62,102 nt of DNA, filler included, from Choristocarpus tenellus KU-1152 (GCA_964200185.2; 14 parts of 14 records of this genome joined end to end with filler, not necessarily neighbours in it); one strand, 5' to 3'; counted from the first letter of the whole stretch, positions 40,389 to 53,550 are shown. Notes: a model not told the origin generated them from the sequence alone. Made by a program: numbers and translations.

Positions 40389-41442
40389 CGACTATATTTT
40401 CATCCTATCGCACATTTTGTTTTGCTTACGAATTCTGGATTATTATTATTATTTTATGCTACATTTGTATTCCTCCCTATTCCCTTTTCTCCCTATAACA
40501 GGGGAATCTCAAAATTGAGGAAGGCGCGGGACTATGAGNNNNNNNNNNNNNNNNNNNNNNNNNNNNNNNNNNNNNNNNNNNNTTAATTAATTAANNNNNN
40601 NNNNNNNNNNNNNNNNNNNNNNNNNNNNNNNNNNNNNNCCCCCCCCTGCTATACATGAGAAAATCAAATATGAAATTTTGATAAATGATGTGCTTGCCAA
40701 TTTCTGATGTTTCAGGATGTCTGAATCCCTGTGATATCTAGATAGAAGAATAGGACTTAGAATCAATCAAGCCAAGGCGTGTGCACTCTTCATCTTGGCT
40801 AGCTGGATGGTAAACGAGCGTATCTCCAGCTTGTCTGTTCCCTGTCATATGTTGCCACAACAGCTTGAGAGGAGTGGTATGATAGAAGCTATCCTGGTGT
40901 GGCTGACTTGTTCACAACAAAGAAATGCTGTGCCCATTGCACTGCAGGATCTTTGTAGGTTTTGGAACTGTACTCACACTACTTTTTTTACCCATACTTT
41001 GCACAGCTGATTTTGAGTCTTGTGATTTGAAGGGGTATCCATATCTTCATATACAGCTAATAATCCACTCGATTAGTTGGGAAGAGTGCTATTTTAGTGT
41101 GTGTGTGAAGAAACTAGGCTCAACATTCAATTTTTTACCCTGAAGTACTGGAGAGGGAGACCAAATATTTTGCAGTGATTTTCATGACAGAGGGGTCAAA
41201 GATATCCTAAGTATGGAAGGTCGTTTGAGGTAGATGCATGGTCTGCTCACTTGTTGCATGCTATCCATGTGTGGTTGGAGAGCACAACAAGGAAGGATGA
41301 GGCCTTTCCAAAGCTGAGAACCGTCAAACATTACCATACGCTTCCTGTGTACTGAGCACCACCGATCTGCTAAAAGTTGTCGTGCTCTCTTAAATTTCTT
41401 CTCACACTGGGACTATCCCTCCCCCCCCCCCCCCCCCCCCCT

Positions 41443-41492
<50 letters not shown>

Positions 41493-41969
41493 CTTTTTTT
41501 TCTAACNNNNNNNTGTCGTTCTAGCTTAAATTTCTTCTCACACTGGGACTATCCCTCCCCCCCCCCCCTCGAGAGTTTTTCTTTGTCTATTGTTGTATTC
41601 TTGTGCTGTGCTGACCTTTCCGGTATCTACTTGAGCATAACATGCCTCCTTTCATTGTCCTCCAAATATTTTGGCAATAAGAAGGATGGAAAATGTCAGA
41701 GGAGATTATTGTCGGACAACTCCACTTCACCATCTCGATACTGTCTCTATTGACTTTCACTTGACATAGTGACCCAAGCAATAGAAACACCTCTGGTTAA
41801 CTACCCCCTCCCTTGGTCTTAGTAAGAACTCCTGCTTGTTTATTTGTACACAGATTTTTTTTCGGGGGGGGGGGATTTGCTGGAAGGCAAGGTTTTAATG
41901 ACCTTTTTTGCTACTTTACCCAACCCCTGCAGGTGATTTGTAACAAGTGTGGGTGGTATTTTTGTGCAG

Positions 41970-42856
41970 TATTTGCCACCTTCTCAAGCTTGAATATGAC
42001 CCCCTCCTTCCAAACTACCTTGCAAAGGTGAAACGGTGGGCTGAGAACTGGGACAAGAATGCCTGGCCACTCTTCGAGGCCACTGGTGGCCCCCGCAATA
42101 AGGCCAAAGACTTACTGTTAAGCATGGCCTGCTGGTCTGGAATCCTTCTCGTTGCGATCATGGCCTGGGCCTTCCTTCCATACCAGATGGAAGTTGTCAG
42201 GATGTAGTGTGAAGAACTGTTCAGTAGGAGCTCTCAACTATTGATGATGAACACTAATACTGTTTGGTGATGATAGTTTATGTGATTCCAAAGTGAATAG
42301 CGGTGTCGATATTGCTGTGAGCACTGACTGTCAAGAGACTGTACAGCTTGCAGTGGTAAAGAATGTGCTTGATATGCATTGATTTTGGCAACATCCCTGC
42401 CCGCATTACTCATACAATCACAGCTGGAATATGGAGGGAGTTGTAGATGATAGGAGCATGGTTTGTTTGAGTCGTGTCTGTTCTACCCGAGCTGCAGTGC
42501 ATGGTGGGCATCTATTTCGTGTACACCATGTTACTCTGTGCTCTGGGTGGTCGGTTGTGTTTCTTTTTTTCTTCAGTTAATGCCCAGGCCTCCGTACCTT
42601 GAACTCCAGTAGTGTTTGTAATCTGTTGCAAGAGGAGGGCAAAATGCCAAAGACATACATGTGGCTCAAGTTGTTTTCACTTTGCTTCACACGTTTCTTT
42701 GTATTTGGGGTGATAGTGTTTGGGGGCAATCTGTATTCACTACTGTAGTGTCGAATTGGATAAATGGGGTTGGACTTGGAGGACAATACCTCATTCCTGA
42801 GAGTGATCATGGTGAGGCCGCAAAGACACAGACTTGCAAGTTTTTGCAGTATCAAG
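41970..42856 (+). CDS. Possible membrane-protein exons
   Basis: ICHLLKLEYDPLLPNYLAKVKRWAENWDKNAWPLFEATGGPRNKAKDLLLSMACWSGILLVAIMAWAFL, and a later GGQNAKDIHVAQVVFTLLHTFLCIWG segment. Structure not resolved. Confidence 0.4.
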
Positions 42857-45800
42857 GTAGGAAACGTATATATCCTTGTCAACAAGCATGTGAGTGTCCT
42901 TTGTCTATATTGTATATAGGCAACCTGCCTGAGGACCTCAATGCCGTGTCTCCTTTTTTGCTGTGATTGTAGCAGCAGTGCACTTGTTACATTAAATGAC
43001 AGGAGGCAGGGGTTTCAAAATTTTGTGGCAGGACAGGCGTCGTATCAAGTGTTGTGCAATGCCGAGGTTGGGCGAAGTCAACCAAATATTTGATATATTT
43101 TGTAGGGTGTAAGTGGTAAGGAGATAGGGGGTTTCATATGGACCATCTGGTGGTGGAACAACTACTAATACTTGAGTCAAGCGCATTCTTGGTGACATCA
43201 TGTTAAAGGGAAATGGATTGGGTTGGCAATGAGTTACACTTGTGTACACAAGGAAATGGAAAAATTGACAACCACAGTGAGAATGTCCTTCTTAGGGTAT
43301 AGGCGGCATTAACAAAACTACCCTAGGTCACCTCTTACTTGTAGGAGGATTGTAGTGAAGGTCTCGTGGGGACTGCAACCCAAGGTGGTGATGCAGAGAA
43401 GGATCAAACAGTCGATTTCAAAAATTGAGGATGGGCTTGATCCAAAATTGACTGGGATAAAGTGTCGATATGTTTTTTTTTAATTGACTGGGATAAAAAA
43501 ATGCATATCGACACTTTATCNNNNNNNNNNNNNNNNNNNNNNNNNNNNNNNNNNNNNNNNNNNNTTAATTAATTAANNNNNNNNNNNNNNNNNNNNNNNN
43601 NNNNNNNNNNNNNNNNNNNNCATCTGGGCGGCAAACTCTCTTGTTCATATGCGGGCCAAGTAGTGCATGCCCTGAGTGGAATCATGAGATGTGACCGAAT
43701 CGTGGGGCATGACAGTGCTGTTGATCTCCCATACAGTGATGCCAAGAACATGTGTGTCAGGATGCTGCACATCGAACTGTCGCGAGGAGCTGTCCCTTCC
43801 CACATCGAGCACCCTCGGTCTGCCGTTTTGTCTGAGGTAACAATGGAAGATGCGGGGCGTGTGTCAGTTGCGCACCAAGATATAAAGGATCATTCGAGCA
43901 TCTGTTAATGATGAAATTGTTCTTGGAAATACAGGGGACGTGTTCGCCCGGGGGCGAAGTTGTGTGTGTGTCACACCGTTGATGGTTGATGAGAATGAAC
44001 TCCCATACCTCTGGGCGGTGCCTTGAGAAGAGCAGTAAGGAGCGTGGGTATTGGATACGGGAGACAATCCTCCAGTATCATTGGCAGCCGATGCAAAGGG
44101 GCTCGTCTGTCGCCGCATGTCTCGCATGAGTTCCGTGCGTTTCTTGGCGGATGGCCTTAGTGTATTGGCGTTGATGTCGTATTTTCTAGCTGTGACGGAC
44201 AGAAGGGGTTGAAACGTCGATGTCACCCCGTCATCCACTATTTCAACATCAGGAGACGAGGATGGATTTGTATACCTGGCGGGTGTATTCGGTGATAAGA
44301 TCTGTCTTTACACATTATAGGAATGTCTTGACCTGGAGATCAGGCGTGGACTCGCGTTGTTCCTGAGCCAGCACAACTCTCAGCGCGCTCGCCAATGGTG
44401 CAAATCTACTTTTCTCATCCAATAACCAAGAGGCAAGGTCGTTCCAAGTGCGGCCGCTTCCTTCCATCTCTTCTAGACCATCGTGGTCGACAAACATGGA
44501 GAGGAAGAGGTCAATGATCTGGTCTGTTTGGGATTTCTTCCACGAACATGCGGCACTGGTCTTGGGCAGTCTCTTTAGTCCCTGTTTCCTGAGTGGGATT
44601 CAAACGAGGTTACGATATGAGTTGGTGGGCTTGTTTCCCTTTGACATTAGTGTTCGATCTTGATGATGCGAACATAGATAATACTGCCACTTTGTTCGGG
44701 CAAGGGGGCTTGCACAATGTTTGGTCACGAAGTGTTCCGTGGAGTACGGCCGTGTTGGATGACACCCAACGTTCAACGCGTAGACAAGGGTGTGTTGGAT
44801 ACATCGAGAACCGAAACCGCCCCGGTTAGAATATGAAAAGGTGTGTATCGCGTATGCGGGCATTCGTGAGCCACATCAAAAAGGTTATAAATACATCTCA
44901 CGAAGCACGTAGGACGAAGTGAATTGAGGTAGTTTATCGAACAGTAGAGTGAGTGTTTTGATCTGATTTTTTTGAGAAACAGTTGACAAATGCTTGGTGG
45001 GTGTCGCCCTAGATAATATTGGCGTATGTATATACTACAATTGACGTGTTCTGTCGAAAGGTCAACTATTGTGTAGGATGGGTTTTGAGGTGGAAGTGAT
45101 ACTGAACGTTTCATGTGGTATTGGTCTATACATATCCCCAGATGCACATACCATTGTATGTGCCTCTTTCTCTACAGGGGATATGAGATTGCGTTTGAGT
45201 TTTTGGAAAATCGAGGACGATGGATTGGAGGCTTGTGGCTTCAAATAAGTTGGTATGTGGACCGCCGCAACTTTTGCCATACTTTGTCGTACGGTAAAGT
45301 ATGGCAAAAATGACATGAGGCGAGTGGATGAAGGAAGAGCGAAACATTTCTTGGCAGAACTTCATCATTGTGTAAGGGTCAGGGACGGTGTGAGGGTTGG
45401 GGCACAGGTTTAGGGTTGGGACAGGTGTTAGGTTTGGGATTGGAAACAGAAACTGGAAGGAACATCGTTTAGTTCCGATACATATCGGAATCCAGGTATT
45501 GGAGGACACGAACTTCATCGTTGGGCTTCGTTCTGCTCTTGATGGGAGGACGTGTGCGTCACCAGTTCGGAGCTATGGTGGAACTGGTGAACACCACGTG
45601 TCCCTTCCACGAGGATCAGGCTCGTCTGTCACTATCTATCCCTGTGCGCTGTACATAACGCTAAACACCAGGCATATCGGAAGGGAAAAAGACGACAGGA
45701 CTTCCTCTTCGTGCAAGGTGATCAGGTGTGTACGGCTCGAGGATGATGTGAACCGACCGTGACATGCCATCCTCTCTGGGCCTGACTCGATGCGCAAAAC

Positions 45801-46568
45801 ATTTTCTCTCTCCTTCTGTTTGTTTCCCCTGTCCCATTTCCAACATGCCCACCCGATGCAGACATCACGTGATCAATTGAGAGGCTTAGTCCAACCACCG
45901 AACGCCCCCATGCCTCCAAAGGGAACCAGAAGGTGAGTCCCCATAAAAGAAACGTTCACACTTTGTCCAGCCTATACGGGAGCGTTTCTGAATGACCGAT
46001 ATCACAAACACATCATCATGATTTAGCGCCTTTGGCGGATGTTGTGGCTTTCATCCGTTCACATAGCATGTATTAGCATGTAGCTGACATGATGGTGTAC
46101 CCAAGCGGTTGTATGACCCCCTAGTCACGGCTACTAACCCAAACATTGTCGCATAGTGTGCCGTACCAAACATGCCCATCCGGGGTCAAGCCTTCCTTGT
46201 CTACCGGCCGTTCGCGATGTGTAACGCACCACCAATTCTTATGTACGCGTTCCTCTGGATAAAGAGTTCCAACATGTCTTGTATTCGGCTTTGGTGAAAG
46301 CACGAACTTGTCCCTCCCATTAGAAATTATCTCGTTATTGCTTTCTTAATGTATAGCTCAAATTCGGGTTAGGCCTGGACAGTGTTGCTGTTCACTAAGC
46401 TACATCATTTCACACGAGATAGCCCGTACAAACAGACACGACACGGACAGGGTCCTAATTACATTCCCTCGCATTTCAATACAGTGCAAAGCAGTAGCGA
46501 TTGAGACCCCATCGCGTTACATAAATGTACGAAGGTTTTCAGGACTACGACCATACCAATTCCATCCT

Positions 46569-47086
46569 GAGATAAAGTAACTTAGAGGGTAGAGACGCGT
46601 CCATTTGAGGGTCAAAATCGAGTCAAATTATCTTAGAGGGTACGAGTGTTGCCCTGTTTGTCCATTGGGGGCTTGGTTACTCTCGGAGTTTTTATGACAT
46701 TTTCCTACTTCAAAATATCTCCGAGTAGGTAAAATGTATACGTTATGAAAAGGTGTCTCCGGAACAAGGATATTGACACTTCCTAACAAACACGATAGCC
46801 AAATTTACATCGAAATTGCAGTATTGTATTTGATACCCAAATGGACACGGCTCTACCCTCTAAGATACTTCGGCTTAATCCAATGTTGCAATTTTGATGT
46901 AATTTTGGCTATCGTGTTTGCTAGAAAGTGTCAATATCCTTGTTCCAGACACACCTTTTTATTATGTATACATTTTACCTACTCCTATACATTTTGGAGT
47001 AGGAAAATGTAACAAAAACCCCATGGGATCCAAGCCCCAAATGGATAAACAGGGCAAAACTCGTACCCTCTAAGATAATTTCACTC
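46569..47086 (+). mobile_element. Nested family-A MITEs: inverted inner copy 46620-46876 with TSD AATC inside the outer copy
   Basis: The uninterrupted sequence AAAATCCAATGTTGC (see about 1495-1509) is split here as AAAATC|GAGTC...GGCTT|AATCCAATGTTGC. Outer flanks are TCCT/TCCA. Confidence 0.9.
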
Positions 47087-47449
47087 TCCACCACTGCTAT
47101 GTTGCCACGTGTGTAAATATATTTCGGAAGCTCCAGATACAATTCCGAGTGAAAGCAATTTCGCGTCAAAATCGGCGTACACCCTATGCACACCGGTCTG
47201 TCTATTCTGCCGTATAGTCCTTGGCTCTGTTGGCACTGGCGATTTTTTTTCGTGTATACTAAGAGGCCTCCATGTCATGGCGCTTTGAAATCCAGGGAGC
47301 AAATTCTCACGTTAGGCCAAGATTGGCGACGTGTGCGATGTTGAAGAGTTTCCAACGTATCCACCCCTCATTGCGTTTTTCTCGGTCGTGAACACAACCA
47401 CACGGCTCAACACATGTTTACGTGTTCATTTGTATTCGGAGCTTGTACT

Positions 47450-47855
47450 AAGCAGATGTCAGCAGTGGTAACACCAACATTTTCACATTCGATGCCCTGT
47501 ATTTATTACCTTTACGACCGTGTACACACTAGCTGTCAATAGTGGTGTCACCAACCTTTTCACATTCGCTGCCCTGTATTTGTTACCCTTACAACCGTTT
47601 ACACACCAGCTGTCAATAGTGGTGTCACCAACCTTTTCGCATTCGCTGCCCTGTATTTATTACCCTTACAACCGTTTACACACCAGCTGTCAATAGCTGT
47701 GTCACCAACCTTTTCACATTCGATGCTGTATTTATTTCCTTTACAACCGTGTACACACCATCTGTCAGCAGTGGTAACACCATCATTGCCAAATTCGACG
47801 CCCTGTATTTATTACCTTTACAACCGTGTACACACCAGCAGTCAATAGTGGTATA
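47450..47855. repeat. 77-bp tandem minisatellite, about 5 copies
   Basis: AC(A/G)ACCGT(T/G)TACACAC recurs at 47514, 47591, 47668, 47743 and 47820. Confidence 0.92.
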
Positions 47856-47957
47856 ATCAAATCACGACTGTCGCATCTATAATTTTTTTGACCGAAACCG
47901 TTCATAAACCGTCTTCTGCCACCCCAGTCACTGACAATGTAAACCCCGAAGGCAATG

Positions 47958-48302
47958 TTGCCTAAGTATCTTAGAGGGTACGAGGTTTTCCCTGGTTGGG
48001 CTTGGCTGCCCACGGGTTTTTAATGACATTTAAAACAAAAAACATATCTACACTTTACCCCAGTCAATTTTGGGTCAAGTTCATCCTCAATGAAAAGCTC
48101 CATCCTCAATTTTTGAAATCAGCTGTTTTAATCCAAAATATTTCGGAGTAGGTAGAATTTGTACGTTATGGAAAGGAGTGTTCGGAAAGAGGACATTAAC
48201 ATCTCCAAACAAAAATGATAGCAAGAATTATACATCAAAATTGCAACATTTGGATTCGGTCGTCAAATGGACGCGGCTCTACCCTCTAAGATACTTCGAC
48301 TC
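47958..48302 (-). mobile_element. Family-A MITE interrupted by a family-D fragment (about 48033-48128)
   Basis: Ends AAGTATCTTAGAGGGTAC... and ...CTACCCTCTAAGATACTTCGACTC. The internal segment is the reverse complement of 13732-13825. Confidence 0.85.
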
Positions 48303-49039
48303 ACACCCATGATGCCAACCCTAACCCTAACCAACATAAATTACCTACATTTCGAACACTAAACCCAATCCGCTAAGAGACAGATTTCACCTTATATTGA
48401 ACATGTCGACGTAGTTGCAATTCAGCAGTTGCAATTCAACAGCTATCATCAGAATTGATTACAGCAAATTCAACCGAACCTTTTTCGGAAATTGAAACAT
48501 GGGTTGCAGTTACATATGTCGAAAGTAATAAGACAACTGATCCGAAATAGAAGTAAGATTCCACGATACAATTACACACACCACAACATCCGTCAGTCGA
48601 GTGCGATGTGGTGACACCATCGATACGCGCGTGTAAGGGCTCGGATACGATTGGAACCTTTCCGATAAGGTTCGTATCGCGTCGCAATGCAATCTCGATT
48701 TAACTCGAGCGGTGGTATCATTACGCGCGCGTATCTTAATTGAAAAACCACGGTAACATAACCTTAGAATTTGATCGCTTCTACGAACCGACATAACATA
48801 CCAAATTTGTACTTAGTCCAAAATTGACATATTCGTTTCAAACTGGTGCATTCATGCTTTCACTTCCGTGGTTCGACGTAATGTTTTCCTGCTTTGGGTT
48901 CTTGTTTCAAATCGGTACACACCACCCCCAACCGTCTTGCCGCACTTTGGAAATTGATGGTCTTTACCATTCGATAGAACACATCAAATTCATTCAGTAC
49001 TGTCTGCCCTATGTCAAGCACAAACCTGTGCATGATTGC

Positions 49040-49710
49040 TGTTAAAGAAATTGGTGTTCCCAAGACTTGTGTATGTGAATAACTCGATTATTTCCTCATT
49101 ATGTAGAACAGTGTAAGAAAGGAGAGTGAGCTTCAAAGCTCAAAGGGGGTCATCACCTTACGATTCACATATTCTAATAACCCGTTATTCAATCCGTTGT
49201 ACTAAAATAACCTGCGGACAATATTTTCGTTGTCACCTAACAAAGACATACTATCGGTTATACTATAATAACCCGCGGACAATATTTTCATTATCCAACA
49301 ATACTTCAACAACTTAATGTTTCTCCGACAGAATCATATTTTACATATGAATAAAAAGCATATTCTTAACACACTCCCCTGCTTTGAACTTCAAGTTGAA
49401 AAATACCATCTCAATACATTCTTTGACATATCTTAAACCAAACATTAATTCCACTTCATTCTACGCATGATAACACTGGAATGCCTGTTGAAAGACTTCT
49501 TAGACAAACCCTTGGTAAAAAGATCAGCATGTTGAAACTCCGTTTGCAATTACCCAATTGCTATCTTGCCTTCCCTCTCTAACTGACGTACATAGTGATA
49601 CCTAATATCAATGTGCTTGGTTCTACCCCCAGATATTACCTTCTTAGCAATCTTGATTGCACCATCATTATCCTCAAACACAGATACAGGGTAATCCTTA
49701 CAAAGTGGTT
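49040..49710 (-). mobile_element. 3' end of a second Ty1/Copia element: RNase H, PPT, and LTR (49040-49371)
   Basis: VFEDNDGAIKIAKK..GRTKHIDIRYHYVR..QHADLFTKGL; PPT GCAGGGGAGTG; LTR bounded by TGTTAA...TTAACA. Confidence 0.9.
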
Positions 49711-49846
49711 NNNNNNNNNNNNNNNNNNNNNNNNNNNNNNNNNNNNNNNNNNNNTTAATTAATTAANNNNNNNNNNNNNNNNNNNNNNNNNNNNNNNNNN
49801 NNNNNNNNNNAACAAAAAAACAAAAAAAAAAAAGAAAAAAGAAGCC

Positions 49847-49877
<31 letters not shown>

Positions 49878-50132
49878 AGATACTTTGACCCATATCATAG
49901 GCCAAGAGACACCCTTCAAAGGTCGGAATGGCGTTCTTGTTAAGAAGTAGTCAAGACAGATCAGTTTCATGACTGATAGTTCCAATAAGCATCGTGTAGG
50001 TATTGACCCTACTTGGACTCAGGACCTTCCTCACACACTCCACCATATCAGAATAGGGCAGATCCTTGCCTTGCGAGTTGGACTTTACTACTTGTATTTA
50101 TTTTAATTCCCATACCCCTGTGGTTTCTTCAG

Positions 50133-51734
50133 ATTGTCGTGAAAGCACGGAGCAAATACATCTGTGTTGCCGACAAGATGTGTGAGTTCAACGACTCATT
50201 TTCCCTCTACATGACTACCAGGCTGCCCAACCCACATCTGAGCCCAGAGAACCAAGCCAAGGTATCATTTGGAAATAACGACTCATGGCTTTACTTCTTG
50301 AATTTCACTGCGTAGAGAAACATTTGTAAGATGTGGCTTAGGTGGGTTTCCTCATTTTGAGAACTCACAAGTGAACTGCTTGATGTCACCATGTGAAAAT
50401 GAACAACTCCACAGAAATGCTCATGTTTACTGTAGGGTGGGATGTATCATGCTTACTTGCTTTTCATCATTACATATGCTAAGGTGCTACATTTGGCACT
50501 GATGTGACATCGAAGGGTGGTGATGGCAAATATGGAGGTGGATGCTCTGCTACAAGATTGTCACAATATCAAATAAATATATATAGTACCACAGCACAGG
50601 AGATTTTTCGTATAATTGTTGTTTACCTCTATAAACACATGCTTTGAAGCAAGACCTGAACTAGAAAGGAAATGGTTCTTGCCGATATCAGAGAAGAGTT
50701 TTGAAAAACGTTCCTCATAACTTGCTGAATATCGATACTTTATGGTCCCGTGATATGGTTTGCCAACACATGGATCTAAGATTACCCCCTGAAACGATTA
50801 TCCCCCAATCTGATAACCTCTCAACTCACCCTTGTCCTCAATGTGGACATCCACGTGGTACTCCCTCAAGACTACGGTTGTTGATTTTACAGTTACTCAG
50901 AAGGGTCTGGGAGAGCAACTTCTAGGGAGAGTCATCCAAAAAGAACAGAATTCCCTTGAAGAGCAACTCAAGAACGTCCTGGAGGAGGTCAGGCGCTATC
51001 GAACCGCACCAGTGTTTCTCTTGATCCCTTGCACCGTTATGCACTGTTTTGTAGAAAATGGGGTTGACTTGTTTCCACTTTTTACAACCAAGCCATCATT
51101 ATCTCTCCTTTGCCTTGTATTATCTAGCCAAGTAATAGTGGAACGTCCTACTTGAGAAAACAGTGCATGATCGGACAGCAAGCTCTCAAATACAGGTATG
51201 CTGTTGGTCAAAGAATTTTAAGGTGAAGACAATACGTGGATCAGTGTGGCAGTGCAGTTGTAACGCTCTTTGGTGTCTGCTCCCTATATCGGGAGGAATC
51301 AGGTTCATTGCAAGATGGAGGTTTTCATATAGCGTACTACTGTCCTGGCTGTATGATTAAGGGTAGCTTTGAATCGGAAAGTTTTAATCACTGTAGAACA
51401 GATCAATTCATCAGTGATTGGTGTGTCTCTAAGTCAGACAAAAGAGAGTCACTAGCTATCATGTGGAATATAAGAGTACCCTTCTGCTACTTCGTGTCCT
51501 CTTTCTGTTTCACAAGCCCTGTTGTCCGAAGGAAAAATGGCCATGGTGGGAAGTGTTTCATCACCTATACCTCATTGTGTTCTTCAGGGCAATCTTGGAA
51601 AGTGCCTCAAATCCTAACCCTGACCATGGCTCAGGTGACAAACAACACAAAGTCTCTCATGGTGCTGGACGAGCTCCTGTTGGAAAGACTCAGTGCAAAC
51701 ACAGGCAACCTCCTTGATGATGAAGAGCTGATTG
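50133..51734 (+). CDS. Axonemal dynein heavy chain (outer-arm gamma, DNAH5/8-like), AAA5 region, partial; exons 50133-50261, 50871-50987, 51635-51734
   Basis: YICVADKMCEFNDSFSLYMTTRLPNPHLSPENQAK|TTVVDFTVTQKGLGEQLLGRVIQKEQNSLEEQL..|VTNNTKSLMVLDELLLERLSANTGNLLDDEELI. Confidence 0.92.
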
Positions 51735-51843
51735 GTGGGTACTATGTCAAGGACCTTCATTATGGCATGTGTGGATTTGATAGGCTTGGAAGTTCAGAAA
51801 TATATTGCTTCTCAATGCAGGTTAGTCTATCCAGTACAAAAGA

Positions 51844-52095
51844 GAGCCAAAGTATCTGAGAGGGTAGCACCGCGTCCGTTTGGGGCCCAAAATCCGATGT
51901 TGCGATTTTGATGTAATTTTGGTTATCGTGTTTGTTAGGAAGTGTCAATATCCTTGTTCCGGACACACCTTTTCATAATATGTGCATTTTACCTACTCCG
52001 AAACATTTTGGAGTAGGAAAAAGTCATAAAAAACCCCATGGGAAGCCAATCCCCAAATGGACAAACAGGGCAAAACTTGTACCCGCTAAGTTTCT
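51844..52095 (+). mobile_element. Family-A MITE in a dynein intron; a more degenerate copy is at about 55670-55960
   Basis: GAGCCAAAGTATCTGAGAGGGTAG.. is colinear with 1456-1709. Confidence 0.85.
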
Positions 52096-52556
52096 TCCAC
52101 TCAGAAGGTCATAGAGAATAAATGCCGTGTTCAAGGTTCACACCTTTGACTTAATATAGGGTCTCTGCCCACGATCTATATGAACTGATCTTCAGACGCC
52201 TACATTATATGCCCAGCAATATACATATTATGATACCTTGTAGGTTATCAACAGTAGAGGCAAAGTCATTTATCTACTACAACAGGTAATTGAATTACCG
52301 TAAGGGTGAACTATTGCTTGGCACAGTGATGAGTCATGTAGTCAGTCAAGCGGATTCAAAGAAATCACATCAACTTAGTCAGACCCAAAGTATCTGGAGG
52401 GGGGGGAGGGGGGGGGGGGGCTACACCAGGGTGTCCATTTGGGCCAAAATCATAAANNNNNNNNNNNNNNNNNNNNNNNNNNNNNNNNNNNNNNNNNNNN
52501 TTAATTAATTAANNNNNNNNNNNNNNNNNNNNNNNNNNNNNNNNNNNNNNNNNNNN

Positions 52557-53550
52557 TGTTTGCCAGGGGGAGGGGGAGAGCACGAACGCGAAAGGGAGAG
52601 GCGTCGTGATAGGAGGTGAAGGTGAAGAAGCAGGTGTTGTTAATAAGGGGCTTTGGCTCAAGAGAAGGCGAGAGCGCATGCGGCCTCGGGCAGGGTGGAA
52701 ACAGCTCGTTCAAGATGTCAACGTTACAGTTACGGCAGTATCTGGGGAGGACAAGGGGGCCTGTGGCAGCAGTGCTGCTGAGGGGAGGGGTACTCTGAAA
52801 GATGCTTCAGGCCCTGGGAAACAAAAGGGTGTAAGCAGTGTCTTTGACCTGTCGGAACTAGACGAGGATGCCAGCAGTTTGTGTACCTTGGGTACTGGAG
52901 ACACCGAGTACAGCCCTGGTGGTGTGGGGAAGGCAATCGAGGATGAGAGCACCCCTGCAGCTAGCAAAGGGAAGAGCAGTGGCGGTGGTGGCCGGGAGGA
53001 AAAGGACCTTGACTGTGAACATGCCCGGAGGTTGGAAGCAGGTGATGAGGATCCGTGTGGGAGGTCTATCTCCTTCGAAAAGCAGCGCAGGGACGTGCAT
53101 AGTCGAACCCCTAACCCTAAGCCCGGAGGTCGACCCCAGCAAGTTCAACCGAAGTTTGCGCTTGCGAGTGAGGAGCAGCGGAAGGTCCCCACCCGTACAA
53201 CTAGTACGGGCGGAGTTGTAAAAAGGGGGGGCAGGGGGGGGCATCGTCATCGTAGTTCCGACGTGCTTTGTAAGGAGAAGGAGGGGTTCAACGGTGGGGA
53301 GTGCGGTCAAGGGAAGGAGGGCAGCCGAGAGGCGAGGTTAGAGACTAGAGTTCAGGGTTCGGGAGGTTCTGATTTGGCGCCAGACACCACGGTTCCAAAG
53401 GGGTACCTGAAGGAGGTACAAGGTTGCCAGGGTGGAAGTCGAGAGAAGGGCGAAAAAAAGGGGATGCAAAGGGGCCAAGGGCGGTTAGCTAGGTCGTGGG
53501 CAGAACCGAAGTCTTCTGGACCAGCTGTGTTTGATTTTGATAGTGATTGA
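52557..53550 (+). CDS. Long low-complexity terminal exon of an unknown protein
   Basis: About 330-codon GC-rich open frame rich in G/E/K/R/S, ending GPAVFDFDSD*. Confidence 0.6.

Noticed and set aside
39918-40586. 222-aa ORF with 49-aa repeats
   Set aside because: The frame is open because the 147-bp satellite unit lacks a stop in it. It starts with TTG, runs into a linker, and has no recognisable domain.
47450-47855. 77-bp repeats as a tRNA array or CRISPR array
   Set aside because: No cloverleaf or T-loop consensus and no variable spacers.
1175-51734. Apparent flagellar gene cluster (KAP3 and dynein heavy chain)
   Set aside because: The genes are on different contigs joined artificially, so there is no evidence of linkage.
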